64,000 nt of DNA, taken from the NCBI GenBank assembly GCA_964270895.1, contig OZ185442.1; one strand, 5' to 3'. Shown piece after piece: positions 35,925-48,794 of the stretch; position 1 is the first letter of the stretch, and every line of letters begins with the position of its first letter. Both the position numbers and the translations under genes were made by a program. Under the pieces are notes generated by a model. It ran no database searches, had not been told where the DNA came from, and worked only from the letters and a program-made list of their open reading frames with translations. This DNA is from Podarcis filfolensis (taxonomy: Eukaryota).

Positions 35925-38698
35925 CTGCTAGGAAAAGGGAGTGGGAGGAGAGCATGGGCGGGTAACATTGTTAAAGCATTGTGCTCTGAGAATATGGGGA
36001 ATTATAGAAAATACCAGCTTGCAACTGATCTCATGCCCTGTCCCTGATTTGCCCACGATCAGCATTCTATTTCCTGGCTTCTTTGCATGAGAGTTAGCCC
36101 TTTATTAAAGAGATATAAGTTTCCAGTGATGGCCCTTGTTTATTAGTTCGCACCTCCCACCACTGCAGCCCTTGGAAGCTGCTCACGCACCCTGGCACGT
36201 CTGTGCGTGGTCAAAATCCCAGTGCACAAAAAGGGGGTCTTTACCCTCTTGCGCATTTGCGTTGCTAGATCCTTTTCCCTGCACCATGGCGCAAACACTT
36301 TTGATCCCTGCGGGTAACTTGCGAGGAGAAGAGGAGCAGGGACAGAGGAAGTGGGCAGGGGAGATGCAAAAGGGGACACTTTTCTGGCAAACCCCACATA
36401 GGTATCAGTCCGAACCAAGTCAAGAAATTGCAAAGGGGCAGCTTGCTCATGCATCCTTGGAGGTGCTCTGGAAACAAGGCTAGGTGTTTTGGAAGCCTTC
36501 GAATCCCGGGAGGCATTTGGACAGGGAGTGCTTCAAAGGCATCCCCAGAAATCAAAAGCTACAGGAGGCTGAATTGGCCAGTGCAGTCCAAGGGCTCCCT
36601 TTGCAGTTTCCACACCTCTCTATACCACCTTCCCACAGTCCCAGTGGCTGTTTATCTCTGCTCTGGCCTGTCAGACAGGCGATCCATCATCTGTTGGACC
36701 ACAACCCCCACAGCGGCAGTAGATCTGGATTCACCTGCCTCCTTTTCTCTGATACGGCGGTGTGTGTTTGTGTGTGTGTGTGTGTGAATGCGCATGCACA
36801 CATGCGTATTGTTGCTTGCCACTCCTGAGAGGGAAGCTTCTTCTTTATTAAATGTGGCAGCAAGGATGGTATATCCCAGCCCTCCTACCAGGCAAAGTAT
36901 TCCACCTACAGACTCTCCTATTATCCAGGTTATTTTCTCTCCCCTCACCCCTGAGTTTTAAATCTATGAAGCCATCTAGCCTGGCTTGGTTTGAACAGCT
37001 GCAAAGCCCGTGACTCACCAAACCGAATGCAGCCCAGCAACCATGTTATTATCTTCCCCCCCCTCCCCTTGCTTGACTGCCGTCCCTGTTTTTGCACTCC
37101 TGAGCAGCCAGTAAGAGCAGGAGTTTTATTTGGCCTGCAGTGTGCTGGTTATTGACTCATTTGGTTACAAGAAGGGATGGGAGAAGGAGGCAATTTCTGC
37201 CCTTCCTTGGTTTCTCTCAATCAGCGCTGTTTCCGTTCCCCTGCAGTTCAGCTTCCACGAAGATCTATGTGATTCATCTCGCTATGGCCAAAATCTACAC
37301 CATCTAGTCCAATCTCCTGCTTGCTGTGTGAGTTCCAGAGCAAAAATAAAAACATGAGAAGAGTCCAGCACATCAGGCCAATGACCCATCTAGTGAAGTG
37401 TCCGGTCTTTGCAGTGGCCAACTAGATGCCTATGAGAAACCCACAAGCAAGACCCGAGCACAAGAACCCTCACACATCCTGTGGCTTCTAGCAACATTAT
37501 CACCTCTGACCAACCTGGTGGTAGCCATTGATAGCCTTATCGAAAATGAGTATTCTTCACAAATGGTTGTCCCACCACTACTCACAGAGAAACCACCACC
37601 CCTATAGGAAATGGGGTTCTGTTATTAAGCTGCTCTTAAAAGTCATGAGGTTTCTCTTAATGTTCAACCAAACAAATACCCTGCCCTTTGGGGGCAGCAG
37701 AGGACAATCCTTTGCCTTCACCCGTGTGGCAGCCTTTCAGGTTAAACATCGCCTCTCCCTCCAGTGCTACCACTCTGATCAAATTTAGAGCCCGCTGTCA
37801 CTGCTTTGTAAGTAAAAACAAAAATATTGGGAGAATCTGGACATGGAATATGCAATTTAGCCCTTATTTTGGCCCAGCTCAAATTAAACCCCAGTTGCTT
37901 GTTCATCAACCAGAACTTCATAATTTTGTGGCTTCTGACAATTTTCTTGTATAAACTCCACATTGCTTTTACTGACAGCTATCAAATCACTGGGTGTGTA
38001 TATATAAATGTCCTTGTGTTCCTGGGTGGCTTCCTCCTACCCTCCGCCCTGACTTTTTGTGTCTGATGTTCAGTGCGCCCACAGCTCTGTCATTGTTTCC
38101 TAATAAAGTAAGATAAAAAGTCATGGTTTCTTTTCGCTGAGCAGTTCTAACCACAAACAGCCCCCCTGAGACGCAAGCGGTTTGAACCATGAACTGTTAT
38201 CACCAAGCTAGCGCGGGAACACTGGAGGGAAACAACTGGGAGGCTGATCGGGAGATAATTGCAAATCATCTTGTCAGGTGTCAATCCCTGCAGAACCAGA
38301 ACTCGGCTCCCGAAAGAGAGGCCTCAGCTGTTCAGCTAAGCGCAGAAATTCCCCCTCCCCCCTCCGCCTCTTCCTTCAGGAGCCTTTTTCTCCCCACAGC
38401 ACTTACTCCTTCCTACCAAGTTGACAAATGAATGCAAACATGGAAAAGAGCAAAATCCAGGGGCAAATTTAAAGCTGTGCAAGTGGTGCTCATGCACTGG
38501 GTGCTGAGCTGGTGGGGGGGGGGATGGGATGCTATCTCAAAGACTGGTAAGTGAGGCTCTGGGCTTTGGGAAGGAGGCATGAGAACTCTGACAGGGTCCT
38601 AGTGCCCTCCTCCTCCTTCCCAGAACCTAGTTAGCACTTTCCCATATTTAGGAGGAGGTGAGAGGGCTCTAGGACCAGCCAGAGCCCCCGCACCTCCT

Positions 38699-38850
38699 TA
38701 GAATCATAGAATCATAGAGTTGGAAGAGACCACAAGGGCCATCGAGTCCAACCCCCTGCCAAGCAGGAAACACCATCAGAGCACTCCTGACATATGGCTG
38801 TCAAGCCTCTGCTTAAAGACCTCCAAAGAAGGAGACTCCACCACACTCCT
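38699..38850 (-). mobile_element. CR1 LINE 3' end
   Basis: tagaatcatagaatcatagagttggaagagacc...: reverse-complemented (ATTCTATG)n CR1 tail. Confidence 0.8.
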
Positions 38851-40314
38851 TCCCAAAACCCAGAAGAGGGCAGAACAGAGGCAGAACAGGGTGGAGTGGG
38901 CTTATGCCCACTCTGCCGACCCAGGCCACCCAGGAATGGAACCCCTATGCCAAATGTGCACATTCCCCCTAGCCTTTGTTCCCATTGCTTGACTGCAGAA
39001 CTGCATTGCAAAATTCGGGAAAGCGTGAATTTCGATATTTGGGTTTGCTTTTTTGTTTCAGGAAGGGCAAATTTGATGGGTTCCCCTTTAAATGTGAACT
39101 AAATCAAATCTCTCCCTCATCCCAATGGTCAAGGGTGATGAGAATTTATGCAGAACAGCACCACCAGGTGGGCTGTACAGCATTGGCCACGCCTGCTACA
39201 AACCTATACAAATTGTCATTTCCCACCTGTACCAGGTGAACACAACCCACTCATCACACGCCAGGGCCTGCCAGGGGACTTGACAACAGCTCCCCTCTCT
39301 CCCCCCCCCAATCCCAGGCAGGCAACCACACCACACGGTTTATCAAGCCCCCCGGGGGACAGGGGACTATACGTGACTGATGGGCCGTGTTCTGCTTGGA
39401 GAGTTACAAATTAATCTGCGTTAAGCGACCATGAGTACGCGCCGTGGGTTTGTTTAATAAGATTGCCATTTGGAAGGTTAAAGCATGCGGTGCTGTCTAA
39501 CTAATGAGACGCACAGCGAAGTTACATGGTGGGAGGGGGGAAAGAGAAGCTGCCTTCTACTAGGTCAGGTGATCCGCCTGCCTATCTCAGAGCTCTGATT
39601 GGCCACGACTCCCCAGGATCTCAGGCAGAGAAGGGTCGTTACCATCATCTGCCACCTTGATCCTTTTTGCAGAGATTGAATTTGGGGCCTTCCACAATCA
39701 TTGCCTGTGCTGCCACACTGACTTTTGAGTGCCAGTCCTGTAATTCCTTTTCCTTTTTATTTATTTGTTTAAACAGGAGAGTTTGGAGGAGGGCAAAGAA
39801 AAAGACAACTGCAGAGCAGACTTTCTCATACTTGGGTCCTTACCGCTGGTCCTGGTAGCTAGGGGTGATGGGAGTTGTACTCCAATGACATCTGGGGACC
39901 CGAGTTTGAGAAAGGCTGCTGGAGAGTAACGACTGTCTTGCCAGATGGAAACAAGATCAAGAAGCTCAGCAGCCAGCCCTGATTGGAGAATTGGGATGCA
40001 CCTCTGATGAAAGCTTATGCCGGTCTTATCTTGCAAGATATTGGTTCCCACAGAGAATCCAGGGAACTGCAGGGTGCTGAAGGTTGCTGAGAATTACCAA
40101 GCACAATGGCTTGGACTGTGCCTGCAGCACAACCGATACTGAGTTTACAGAATGGACAGTACCACTTCAGATGGCAGGAGGGGGGCGTCATGTTTTAATG
40201 CTGCCAAAAAGTGGGGGAGAACATCCCTGCAAGTAGAAAACTAGCATATAAAGGGAGCAGGCCAAAGTTAGAATCTTTCTCCCCACTGTACCTAGGTCTT
40301 TTTTACTCCAAGTA

Positions 40315-41557
40315 CAGTGGTGCCCCGCAAGACGAATGCCTCGCTAAACGAAAAACCCGCAAGACGAAAGGGTTTTCCGATTTTTTAGTGGCTTCGCAAG
40401 ACGAATTTCCCTATGGGCTTGCTTCGCAAGAGGAAAGCCCACAGGGAAATCTCCGGGGACAGCGGGGAAGCGCAGTGCGCCTTCTCCTCTGTTCCCGGAC
40501 CTGTCCTGAAGGCTTGCGGTGGGAGGAAGGTTTTCCTCCCCACCCCCAACATTCAGAAGGCTGTTCTGAAGGCTGGCGGTGGGAAGAAAAGCCCTTCTCC
40601 CGCCGCCAGCCTTCAGAAGAGTTCCCCCAGGGCTGCCTAGGCTGCGGATAGCAGCCTGCTGCCCCGCGCGAGGGGCGCTCTGCTTCAGAGCGCCCCTCGC
40701 GCGGGGCAGACATTCGCAGCTTGGGGAGCCCTGCAGGAGTTCCCTGCAGGGCTGCCTAGGCTGCGGATAGCAGCCTGCTGCCCCACGCGAGGGGCGCTCT
40801 GCTTCAGAGCGCCCCTCTGGCGGGGCAGACATTCGCAGCTTGGGGAGCCCTGCAGGAGTTCCCTGCAGGGCTCTCCAAGCTGCGGATAGCAGCCTGCTGC
40901 CCCGCGCGAGGGGTGCTCTGCTTCAGAGCGCCCCTCGCGCGGGGCAGACATTCGCAGCTTGGGGAGCGCTCTGAAGCACCCCTGCTTCAGAGCGCCCCTC
41001 GCGCGGGGCAGACATTCGCAGCTTGGGGAGCTCTGCAGGAGTTCCTTGCAGGGCTCTCCAAGCTGCGGATAGCAGCCTGCTGCCCCGCGCGAGGCAGCAG
41101 GCTCGCGGGGCAGCAGGCTGCTATCCGCAGCTTGGAGAGCCCTGCAGGGAACTCCTGCAGGGCTCCCCAAGCTGCGAATGTCTGCCCCGCACGAGGGGCG
41201 CTCTGAAGCAGAGCGCCCCTCGCGCGGGGCAGCAGGCTGCTATCCGCAGCCTAGGCAGCCCTGGGGGAACTCTTCTGAAGGCTGGCGGCGGGAGAAGGGC
41301 TTTTCTTCCCACCGCCAGCCTTCAGAAGGCTGTTCTGAAGGCTGGCGGTGGGGAGAAAAGTCCTTCTCCCCCCCCCATCCTTCAGAAGAGGTCCGGGGAC
41401 AGACTGTCCCCGGACCTGGTCTGAAGGCAGTCTCCATAGGAACGCATTAATTGACTTTCAATGCATTCCTATGGGAAACCGTGCTTCGCAAGACGAAAAA
41501 CTCGCAAGAAGAAAAAACTTGCGGAACAAATTAATTTCGTCTTGCGAGGCACCACTG
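40315..41557. mobile_element. 1243-bp Tigger-like non-autonomous DNA transposon with internal 119-bp CpG-rich tandem and inverted repeats
   Basis: TIRs cagtggtgccccgcaagacgaa / ttcgtcttgcgaggcaccactg, TA at 40313-14 and 41558-59, units 119 bp apart (40651, 40770, 40889). Confidence 0.88.
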
Positions 41558-41947
41558 TATTTTAAAGGGCCTTTTTGTCGTTGTACATGGAGGAGCATTC
41601 ACCTGCAGTAGTTCGGTCCACATCATTACCACATTCCACCACGTGGTTACACCACACCAATTTTGCCCTGAGGAGAAGAAATGGCTTGTGCCAAAAGGTC
41701 CTTAAGGAACACAGAAAGCTGCTTATGCTATTTGGACCCCTAGCAGGAGCTCTGCCTGGTCTGAGGCAGCGGTCTTTCCCCTCCCCTGCTAACTGATCCT
41801 TTCAACTTGGAGATGTAAGTGACTGAGCCTAGGATCTCCCTGTTGCAAAGCCGCTAAGCTGCGATTCCCCCTCCCAAATGTATTGGAGGGATATCAATGT
41901 TATGGATCTCTGGCCAGGGCCAAGAAATGGGCAGAAGAATGACTTAC

Positions 41948-42068
41948 TGTTTGTCGTCTTTGAACCACTGGAATTCTGCAGGTGGCACAGCCATGGCCTC
42001 ACAGCGCAGAAGTGCATTCTTTCCCATCGGGATACGTGAGTCCTTTACATCTGTGATGGTTGGAGGGT
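41948..42068 (-). CDS. IGLON5: IGLON5 exon 6, first half of Ig3: (Y)PPTITDVKDSRIPMGKNALLRCEAMAVPPAEFQWFKDDK (missed by the ORF track)
   Basis: tctcttcctag| acceptor, CA|gtaagt donor, 121 nt, phases 1-2; YPPTITDV and LLRCEAMAVPP motifs. Confidence 0.95.
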
Positions 42069-42714
42069 CTAGGAAGAGACAACAGTTGATGTGGGAGGCA
42101 TATATTAGTCACGATATGCGGCGTCTTAGCTGTTCCTCAACAGATAGTCTCCAGTTGCCAACCTCTGGTAGAGATGCTTCCCCAAAGAATTCTGGGAACT
42201 GTAGTTTCTTAAGGGGGAAGGTTCTTAAGAAGCCCGTGTTCCCCTCCCAGAGCTGCAATGCCCAGAGTTCCCTGTAAACAGAGATCGATTGTTGAAGCAC
42301 TCTTGGAATTGTAGCTCTGTGAGGAGAACAGAGGCCTCCTAACAACCCTCAGCACTCTTAACACAGTACAATTCCCAGAATCCTCTGGGGGAAGCCATGC
42401 CGTTGAAAGTGGGGTCATATCACTGTAAATGTATGGTATGGACTTGGGGGAAACACAACAGGGGAGCGTAAAGCTGTACAAGTTCCAAAAGTTCTTCTCT
42501 GGCTTGCATAAAAATCTGAGTCAGAGAAGAATTCCCTGCTCCCCTATCATAACATTATAGGAAGTTGCCTTATACTGAGTCAGATCATTTGTCCACATGG
42601 TTCAGCACTGCCAACACTAACTGACAGAAAGTCTCTAGGCTTTCTTACCCGGAGACGCCAGGGGTTGAATCTGGTTGATGCTCTACCACAGAACGACAGA
42701 CCTTCCCCTGGCAT

Positions 42715-43117
42715 CTGGATCTGACTTCTTTCCGCAGGGCCTGTAAGACAGAGTTGTTCTGCCTGGCCTTTGGCTTGGAATCAATTTGATTCCCTTCCCT
42801 TCTTTCTTTATTTTTTTCCTTTCTCCTTCTGTGTTGGAACTCTTATTTGGGGACTTCCCTGGCTTTTTTCTGGCCCATGTAGGACCAGTCTGGATAGTTG
42901 GCCTTGGTGAAGACTTGACGTTTTTATCCCCCCAAAAGTTTTTGATTGAGTTTCCACTGAAATGAGGTTGCATTTTAATGCTTTAATGTTGTATTTTAAT
43001 CTTGTTTTTTAAAGCTGTATTTCAATCAATTGTTTTTATATTTGGTGTTAGCCGCCCTGAGCCCAGTCTTGGCTGGGGAGGGCGGGGTATAAATAAAATT
43101 TATTATTATTATTATTA
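42715..43117 (+). mobile_element. L2-type LINE 3' end, second subfamily
   Basis: LDLTSFRRACKTELFCLAFG; matches 6921-7301; (att)n tail. Confidence 0.75.
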
Positions 43118-44649
43118 TCCTCCAAAAGAAGATGTCTTTGGAAGAACCACATCTCCCATAAACCCCTACACCATGGCACAATGTTTGCCGGTGCAAGGGA
43201 GTGATAGGAGGGAGGGAGGGGAAAAAAACCCTCTCTTCTTCATGCCCTTTTGCTGCTTCTCCCACTACCACAGATTTAAGGGAAGGGAAGGGGACAATGC
43301 CAACTGCATAATATGTGCCTTTTCACCTAGTTTCATAAAGGCCTCTGCTGAGAGAGACAGACAGAGAGGGGGGGGGAGAGTGGTATCCTAAGCCTATGGC
43401 TCCAGTGCCCCAGAACTTGCCCCAACTTTCTTTAGCCTTTCAAGCCATCGATCCAAGAGCCTGGTCAATATTTATAAAGCCTTTGAGAATCTGGGCTCTG
43501 CACATCTTAAAGGCCATCTTCCCCCCCCACTGTTTAAAAACGGGCCTCCCTGCCAGCAGCCTGAAGTGCTATAGCCCAGCCTAACAACTCACAACTCCTT
43601 ATTACTTCATTCCGCCATGTGTGTAAACCAGCTCTGAGCACCCATGTTGCCAAATAGGTTGTGAGAATTGGCCAGTGATATCTCAGAAAGAAGAGGATGA
43701 TACTTAAACTCCTCCATCCCCTTCCCAGTTCAGGGCTAACAGAAACTTGGAGGTGATTTATATTAGGGACAAGATAGGGTGGGAAAGAGTTAAGCATCCC
43801 TCTCCCAGGGCTACTTCTAATTTGGAACCCCCAGCAGTTGAATTATATCTACATGGATCAGGGGACTCATCTGTACTCATCATTTAAAGCGTTATAAACA
43901 CGTTATTAAAATGTGCGCTGCAGAGCAGTGATCCATTGCCATTGGGAAATTGCATTGACAGCAATAGGACATTTTTAAAAATAGCCTTTAATAGCGTTTT
44001 TACAGATCAGTGTAGATCCAGCCAAGATCTCTTACAAGAGATCCAGTCAATAATCTCATAGGTAATGTGTAGTTTAGCCAGGGGAGGAGTAGAAAAGACC
44101 ATTATTAAGGGAGCAAAGGTCAGTCCCATGGTACATAAGATGTTAATGCCCTGTGATTGAAAGCTGGGGAGAAGATGGGGAAGTGGGAGGCAGTGAAAAC
44201 ACTTGCAGCTCCACGCTCACCTTCGGAGTCATTCCTGCATTCCTGATTCCCAGTTAAGGGCTGGGTCTCAGCTAAGGTTGGAGGAGAAATTCAATTCTGT
44301 TTGCATTTCACTGAGAAGTCACCTAAGACCCACTTCTCAAACCAAAACACAGCAAGCCTTTGAAATTCACACTTTCCCGAATTTTGTGATGCAGTTCTCC
44401 AACTAAACAAGACGCACAAGAGTAAAGGGAGAACCCTCCCCATAAAACTCCCCATATGCTCCATAGCAAAATTACTCCAGCCAAGTGAGTGCACAGCATG
44501 TATGCACAAGAGTAAAGCATGCATATAAATGCATATAATTGTGAAAATAATATGCAGAAATGTATTATATTGGGGAAAATCACTTTGTAAAAAATATATA
44601 TGAAGGAAAAAACTGTAAATGAAAAGTTTTGCCTTAGAAATCTGTATTA

Positions 44650-44889
44650 GAGAAGAGTTTGGATTTGATATCCCACTTAAATCACTACCCGAAGGAGTCT
44701 CTAAGCGGCTAACAATCTCCTTTCCCTTCCTCCCCCACAACAAACACTCTGTGAGGTGAGTGGGGCTGAGAGACTTCAGAGAAGTGTGACTGGCCCAAGG
44801 TCACCCAGCAGCTGCATGTGGAGGAGCGGAGAAGCGAACCCGATTCACCAGATTACGAGTCCACTGCTCTTAACCACAACACCACACTC
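44650..44889 (-). mobile_element. Squam3-type SINE
   Basis: Matches 47628-47882, including the gatatcaaatccaaactcttct tail. Confidence 0.85.
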
Positions 44890-45262
44890 ATTAAACATTC
44901 TGACTAATGTTTGTGAGGGTTTAAAAGAAACAAAACCACAAATTACTGCAAAAATGTAGAGGATTACATTTAAACAGCAATAAAACATCTTTGCAAAACT
45001 AAGCAGAGTCTGGTACGGTTTCAAATTGGATGTGGGACTGCGTGTTGAGATGCCTGCATTGCAGTGGGGTTGGATTAGATGTCCCTCAGGGTCCCTTGCA
45101 ACTCAATGTTATGATAAGATTGGGGGGGGGGGACTTAGAAAACTGAAATAGACAGATCCGTCCATCCCTAACTTTATAGCTGAAGCTCCATGCCCCAGAC
45201 ATTGCAACCCTTGATCTGGCTGAAGGGGACAGAAATAGGAGGCAAATATGAGGACCACTTAC

Positions 45263-45394
45263 AGTTGACAGTGATGAGGACCCGCTTGCTATCAGGTGTT
45301 GAGACTCCGTTCACTGTGATGCACTCATACTCCCCAGCCTGCTGCCTGTTGATTTCCGTGATTTCCAAGTACTCCCCTTCACTGGTGAACCCAT
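45263..45394 (-). CDS. IGLON5: IGLON5 exon 5, second half of Ig2: (D)[43 protein letters not shown]
   Basis: caacag| acceptor, T|gtaagt donor, 132 nt, phases 1-1, GEYEC Ig motif. Confidence 0.95.
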
Positions 45395-45837
45395 CTGTTG
45401 GGGAGGGAGGAGGGGGGTGGCGGGGAGGGGGTCAGGGCCAGCAGTAGGGAGACAGACACAAACACAGACTTACACACAAGAAAACACATATGACAGCAAC
45501 ACTGTTATCCACACCTCGGACACGCAGGGGCTGCCTCGCACCGGGGCTGTGACAACAGCGCAGGGGGTTGTGGGTTAGAGGGGGGGGGGACAAGCTTGCA
45601 CAACCTGCGACCTACCAAGCCAAACACATCCCAGCAACTAGGGACGGCCTCTCTCCCGGGGGCTTGATAAATGGATGAGCTCCAACCACCCCAGTTCTCG
45701 TAGCAAGGCTGGCACCAGGAAGGAGGGGACCTTCAGAGTTCCCACCAGCGTGCACCCGTCTGACACCAGCACCCCACAACCCAACCCCAATTGGGATTAC
45801 AGCAGGCTCCAGTGGCGAACAGCAAGACCATTCTGAC

Positions 45838-46234
45838 ATTCAAAGTGTTGGTGCTGACCTTTAAAGCCCTAAACAGCCTCGGTCCTGTATACCTGAAGGA
45901 GCGTCTCCACCCCCATCGTTCAGCCCGGACACCAAGGTCCAGCTCCGAGGGCCTTCTGGCAGTTCCCTCATTGCGAGAAGTGAGGTTACAGGGAACCAGA
46001 CAGAGGGCCTTCTCGGCAGTGGCGCCCGCCCGGTGGAACACCCTCCCTTCAGATGTGAAGGAAATAAGCCATTATCTTATCTTTAAAAGACATCTGAAGA
46101 CAGCCCTGTTTAGGGAAGTTTTTAATATTTAATGCTGTATTGTTTTTAACACTCGATTGGGAACTGTCCAGAGTGGCTGGGGAAACTCAGCCAGATGGGC
46201 AGGGTACAAATAAATCATCATCATCATCATCATC
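45838..46234 (+). mobile_element. L2 LINE 3' end
   Basis: FKVLVLTFKALNSLGPVYLKERL...RQRAFSAVAPARWNTLP...FKRHLKTALF; (cat)n tail. Confidence 0.9.
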
Positions 46235-46258
46235 AGGCCACAATATAGGTGAGGCAGT

Positions 46259-46617
46259 GGTAAAGGACCCCTGGATGGTTAAGTCCAGTCAAAGGCAACT
46301 ATGGGGTCTGTGGCACTGATTTTGCTTTCAGGCTGAGGCAGCCGGCGTTTGCCCACAGACAGCTTTCCAGGTCATGTGTCCAGCATGATTAAACTGCTTC
46401 TGGCACAACAGAACACTGTGACAGAAGCCAGAGCGCACGGAAACGCCGATTACCTTCCCGCTGCAGCGGTACCTATTTATCTACTTGCACTTTGACGTGC
46501 TTTCGAACTGCTAGGTTGGTAGGAGCTGGGATAGAGCAATGGGAGCTCACCCCATTGCAGGGATTTGAACCGCTGACCTTCTGAGGCTCAGTGGTTTAGA
46601 CCACAGCACCACCTGCA
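46259..46617 (-). mobile_element. Sauria SINE (diverged)
   Basis: Reverse complement of the family core (gtacctatttatctacttgcactttgacgtgctttcgaactgctagg). Confidence 0.88.
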
Positions 46618-47024
46618 TAAGGCCCCAATGTAGGACCTCACCAGGGCTTTATGGGGACATCAATATGACAGCTTCTGAACTGCCTAACGTGGCCAGCCCC
46701 GGAGAGACAAGCAAGCAGGAGGGCAGGTAGGCAGCTACCAGCAATGTCAGGTTCTATCCAAGGATGCTGAGTTGTGCCGCCATTTGTGTTTCCAAGGTCT
46801 GCCGCCTATTTTCTGGGAACTGTGTCCCTGGGGAAATCAGTGTTCCCATTTGCCCCTGATTTTATTTTCATCTTCCTGCCTTTGTAGAGATGTTTGGGAA
46901 TACCTTTGAAATATGGTTTTATTTATTTATTTGTTATTTACATTTATTAGCCAGCTGTTCAACTAGTCCTCTAGGCAATGCACAACATGAATTAAAACGT
47001 CAAAGCAGATTAAATAACACATGC

Positions 47025-47026
<2 letters not shown>

Positions 47027-47070
<44 letters not shown>
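47027..47070 (+). repeat. (AC)22 microsatellite
   Basis: Direct count. Confidence 0.95.
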
Positions 47071-47072
<2 letters not shown>

Positions 47073-47627
47073 CTATAAGGGTACAGATAAAATACTCGAA
47101 ACCCTACCAAATTAGAGACTAAAATAGGAATCAATATCAGCTTTAAGGCATTGAAAGGCTTTTTTAAAAGTTTAAAAGCCTGGGAGGACACTAGGCATGA
47201 ACTAGGGTTTAGAGTGGTTTGTCACCCCTTTGCAGCTCACGATACTGCTCATTCATCAAAACCAGGTGAGGATTTATTCCATCTTCCTGTGAGTCTGTAT
47301 CTTAGGTTTCCCAGCAAGATTCAATTGCTGCTTGATTCTCCTCACTCCTCGAACACATTTTAGGCAACTCGTCAAAACTCAAAATCAAATCCCAGTATCG
47401 TAAGTGTGAAAATCCCACACACCCCACAAGCTATGTGTGCTAAAGCATGGGGAGCAGCTTTGCCTACGAGGTGGAGCTGTGCTTGCTGATAAACAAATCA
47501 AAGCTCTGCACCAAGAAAAAGAGGAAAAGCTGCATTCTGCAGCTGGAATAATTAAGCACTGCCTTGTAGAAGTCATGGGGAGGAGCGAGGGGGCTATGTT
47601 TAGCAGGGGATTAGATTCTCACTCTCT

Positions 47628-47882
47628 GAAGAAGAAGAAGAAGAGTTTGGATTTGATATCCCGCCTTTCACTCCCTTTAAGGAGTCTCAAAGTGGCTAAC
47701 ATTCTCCTTTCCCTTCCTTCCCCACAACAAACACTCTGTGAGGTGAGTGGGGCTGAGAGACTTCAGAGAAGTGTGACTGGCCCAAGGTCACCCAGCAGCT
47801 GCATGTGGAGGAGCGGAGACGTGAACCCGGTTCCCCAGATTAAGAGACTGTCGCTCTTAACCACTACACCACACTGGCTCTC
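47628..47882 (-). mobile_element. Full-length Squam3-type SINE
   Basis: tRNA-like head gagagccagtgtggtgtagtggttaagagc and (ctt)n tail. Confidence 0.88.
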
Positions 47883-48674
47883 TGCCACTGCAATATCTTT
47901 TCTGCCACAATTCTGGGATTTCACTCACCATTGAAGATACTCTTCCAAGCCCATTCTGCAATTTTAAGGAGTGGCAACTTTGTTTGTTTTTTTACTGATT
48001 TTAAAAAAATTAAGAAAGAGGAGGTGCTAATTTCTGTACCCAGTACCAAATTTCACCTGCTTAACAGATATACATGGGTACGAGTTTCATTTATTTGGGG
48101 CAAAACCTGCTTTGAGATGTAGGCAATCGTCGGCTCTGATTTTATTTATTTATTTTATTCATTAGATCTGCATACCGCCCTTCATCTGCGGATCTCAAGG
48201 CATAAAAATACAAAACGGAAACACAAAAGACATAAAAAAAACAATAACCGGAACAACGAAAACCCATACCCCCTCTCACATTTAAAGAACACATTTAAAG
48301 GGGCATACAACAGTAAACAGCCAAAAGCCTGGTTGAGGAGGAGCATTTTCACCGGGCACCTAGAACAGTGAAGGTGTTAGGCAGGCCTCCCTGGAAGAGC
48401 ATTTCACAAATGGGGAGCCACTGCAGAAAAGGCCCTTTCTCATGTTGCCACGTTCTGAAGCTCCCATGGAGGAGGCACAGAAAGAAGGGCCTCAGGTGGC
48501 GATTTCAGGGTCTGGGTGGGTTCATATGGTTCTAATCTGTAAACAGGTTTCCTTCTTCCTGCCTTCATTCATTTGCAGAGGAAACCAGTTGCTCAGAGGG
48601 GTGAGTAGGTTTCTGCCAGAATAGGGGACAAAGGGGATACCCTCAGCCTCCCTCCCCTCTCCAGCCTCCCTTAC

Positions 48675-48794
48675 CTTTCAACTGCCGCCAAGTTACCGTC
48701 GGCTCTGGCTTCCCCACTGCTAGGCAGAGCAGATTCACGTTGCTTCCCTCGTTCACGGTCACTGCTGATGAAATGTTCACGATCCGAGCAGGGA
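48675..48794 (-). CDS. IGLON5: IGLON5 exon 4, first half of Ig2: (V)[39 protein letters not shown]
   Basis: ctgcag| acceptor, G|gtaagg donor, 120 nt, phases 1-1; near-identical to recalled mammalian IGLON5. Confidence 0.97.

Noticed and set aside
40621-41100. CRISPR-like repeat array
   Set aside because: 119-bp units without unique spacers, no cas genes, vertebrate context.
40211-41450. Cluster of long overlapping ORFs (up to 162 aa)
   Set aside because: By-products of GC-rich tandem and inverted repeats in a non-autonomous transposon; open on both strands, with no transposase motifs.
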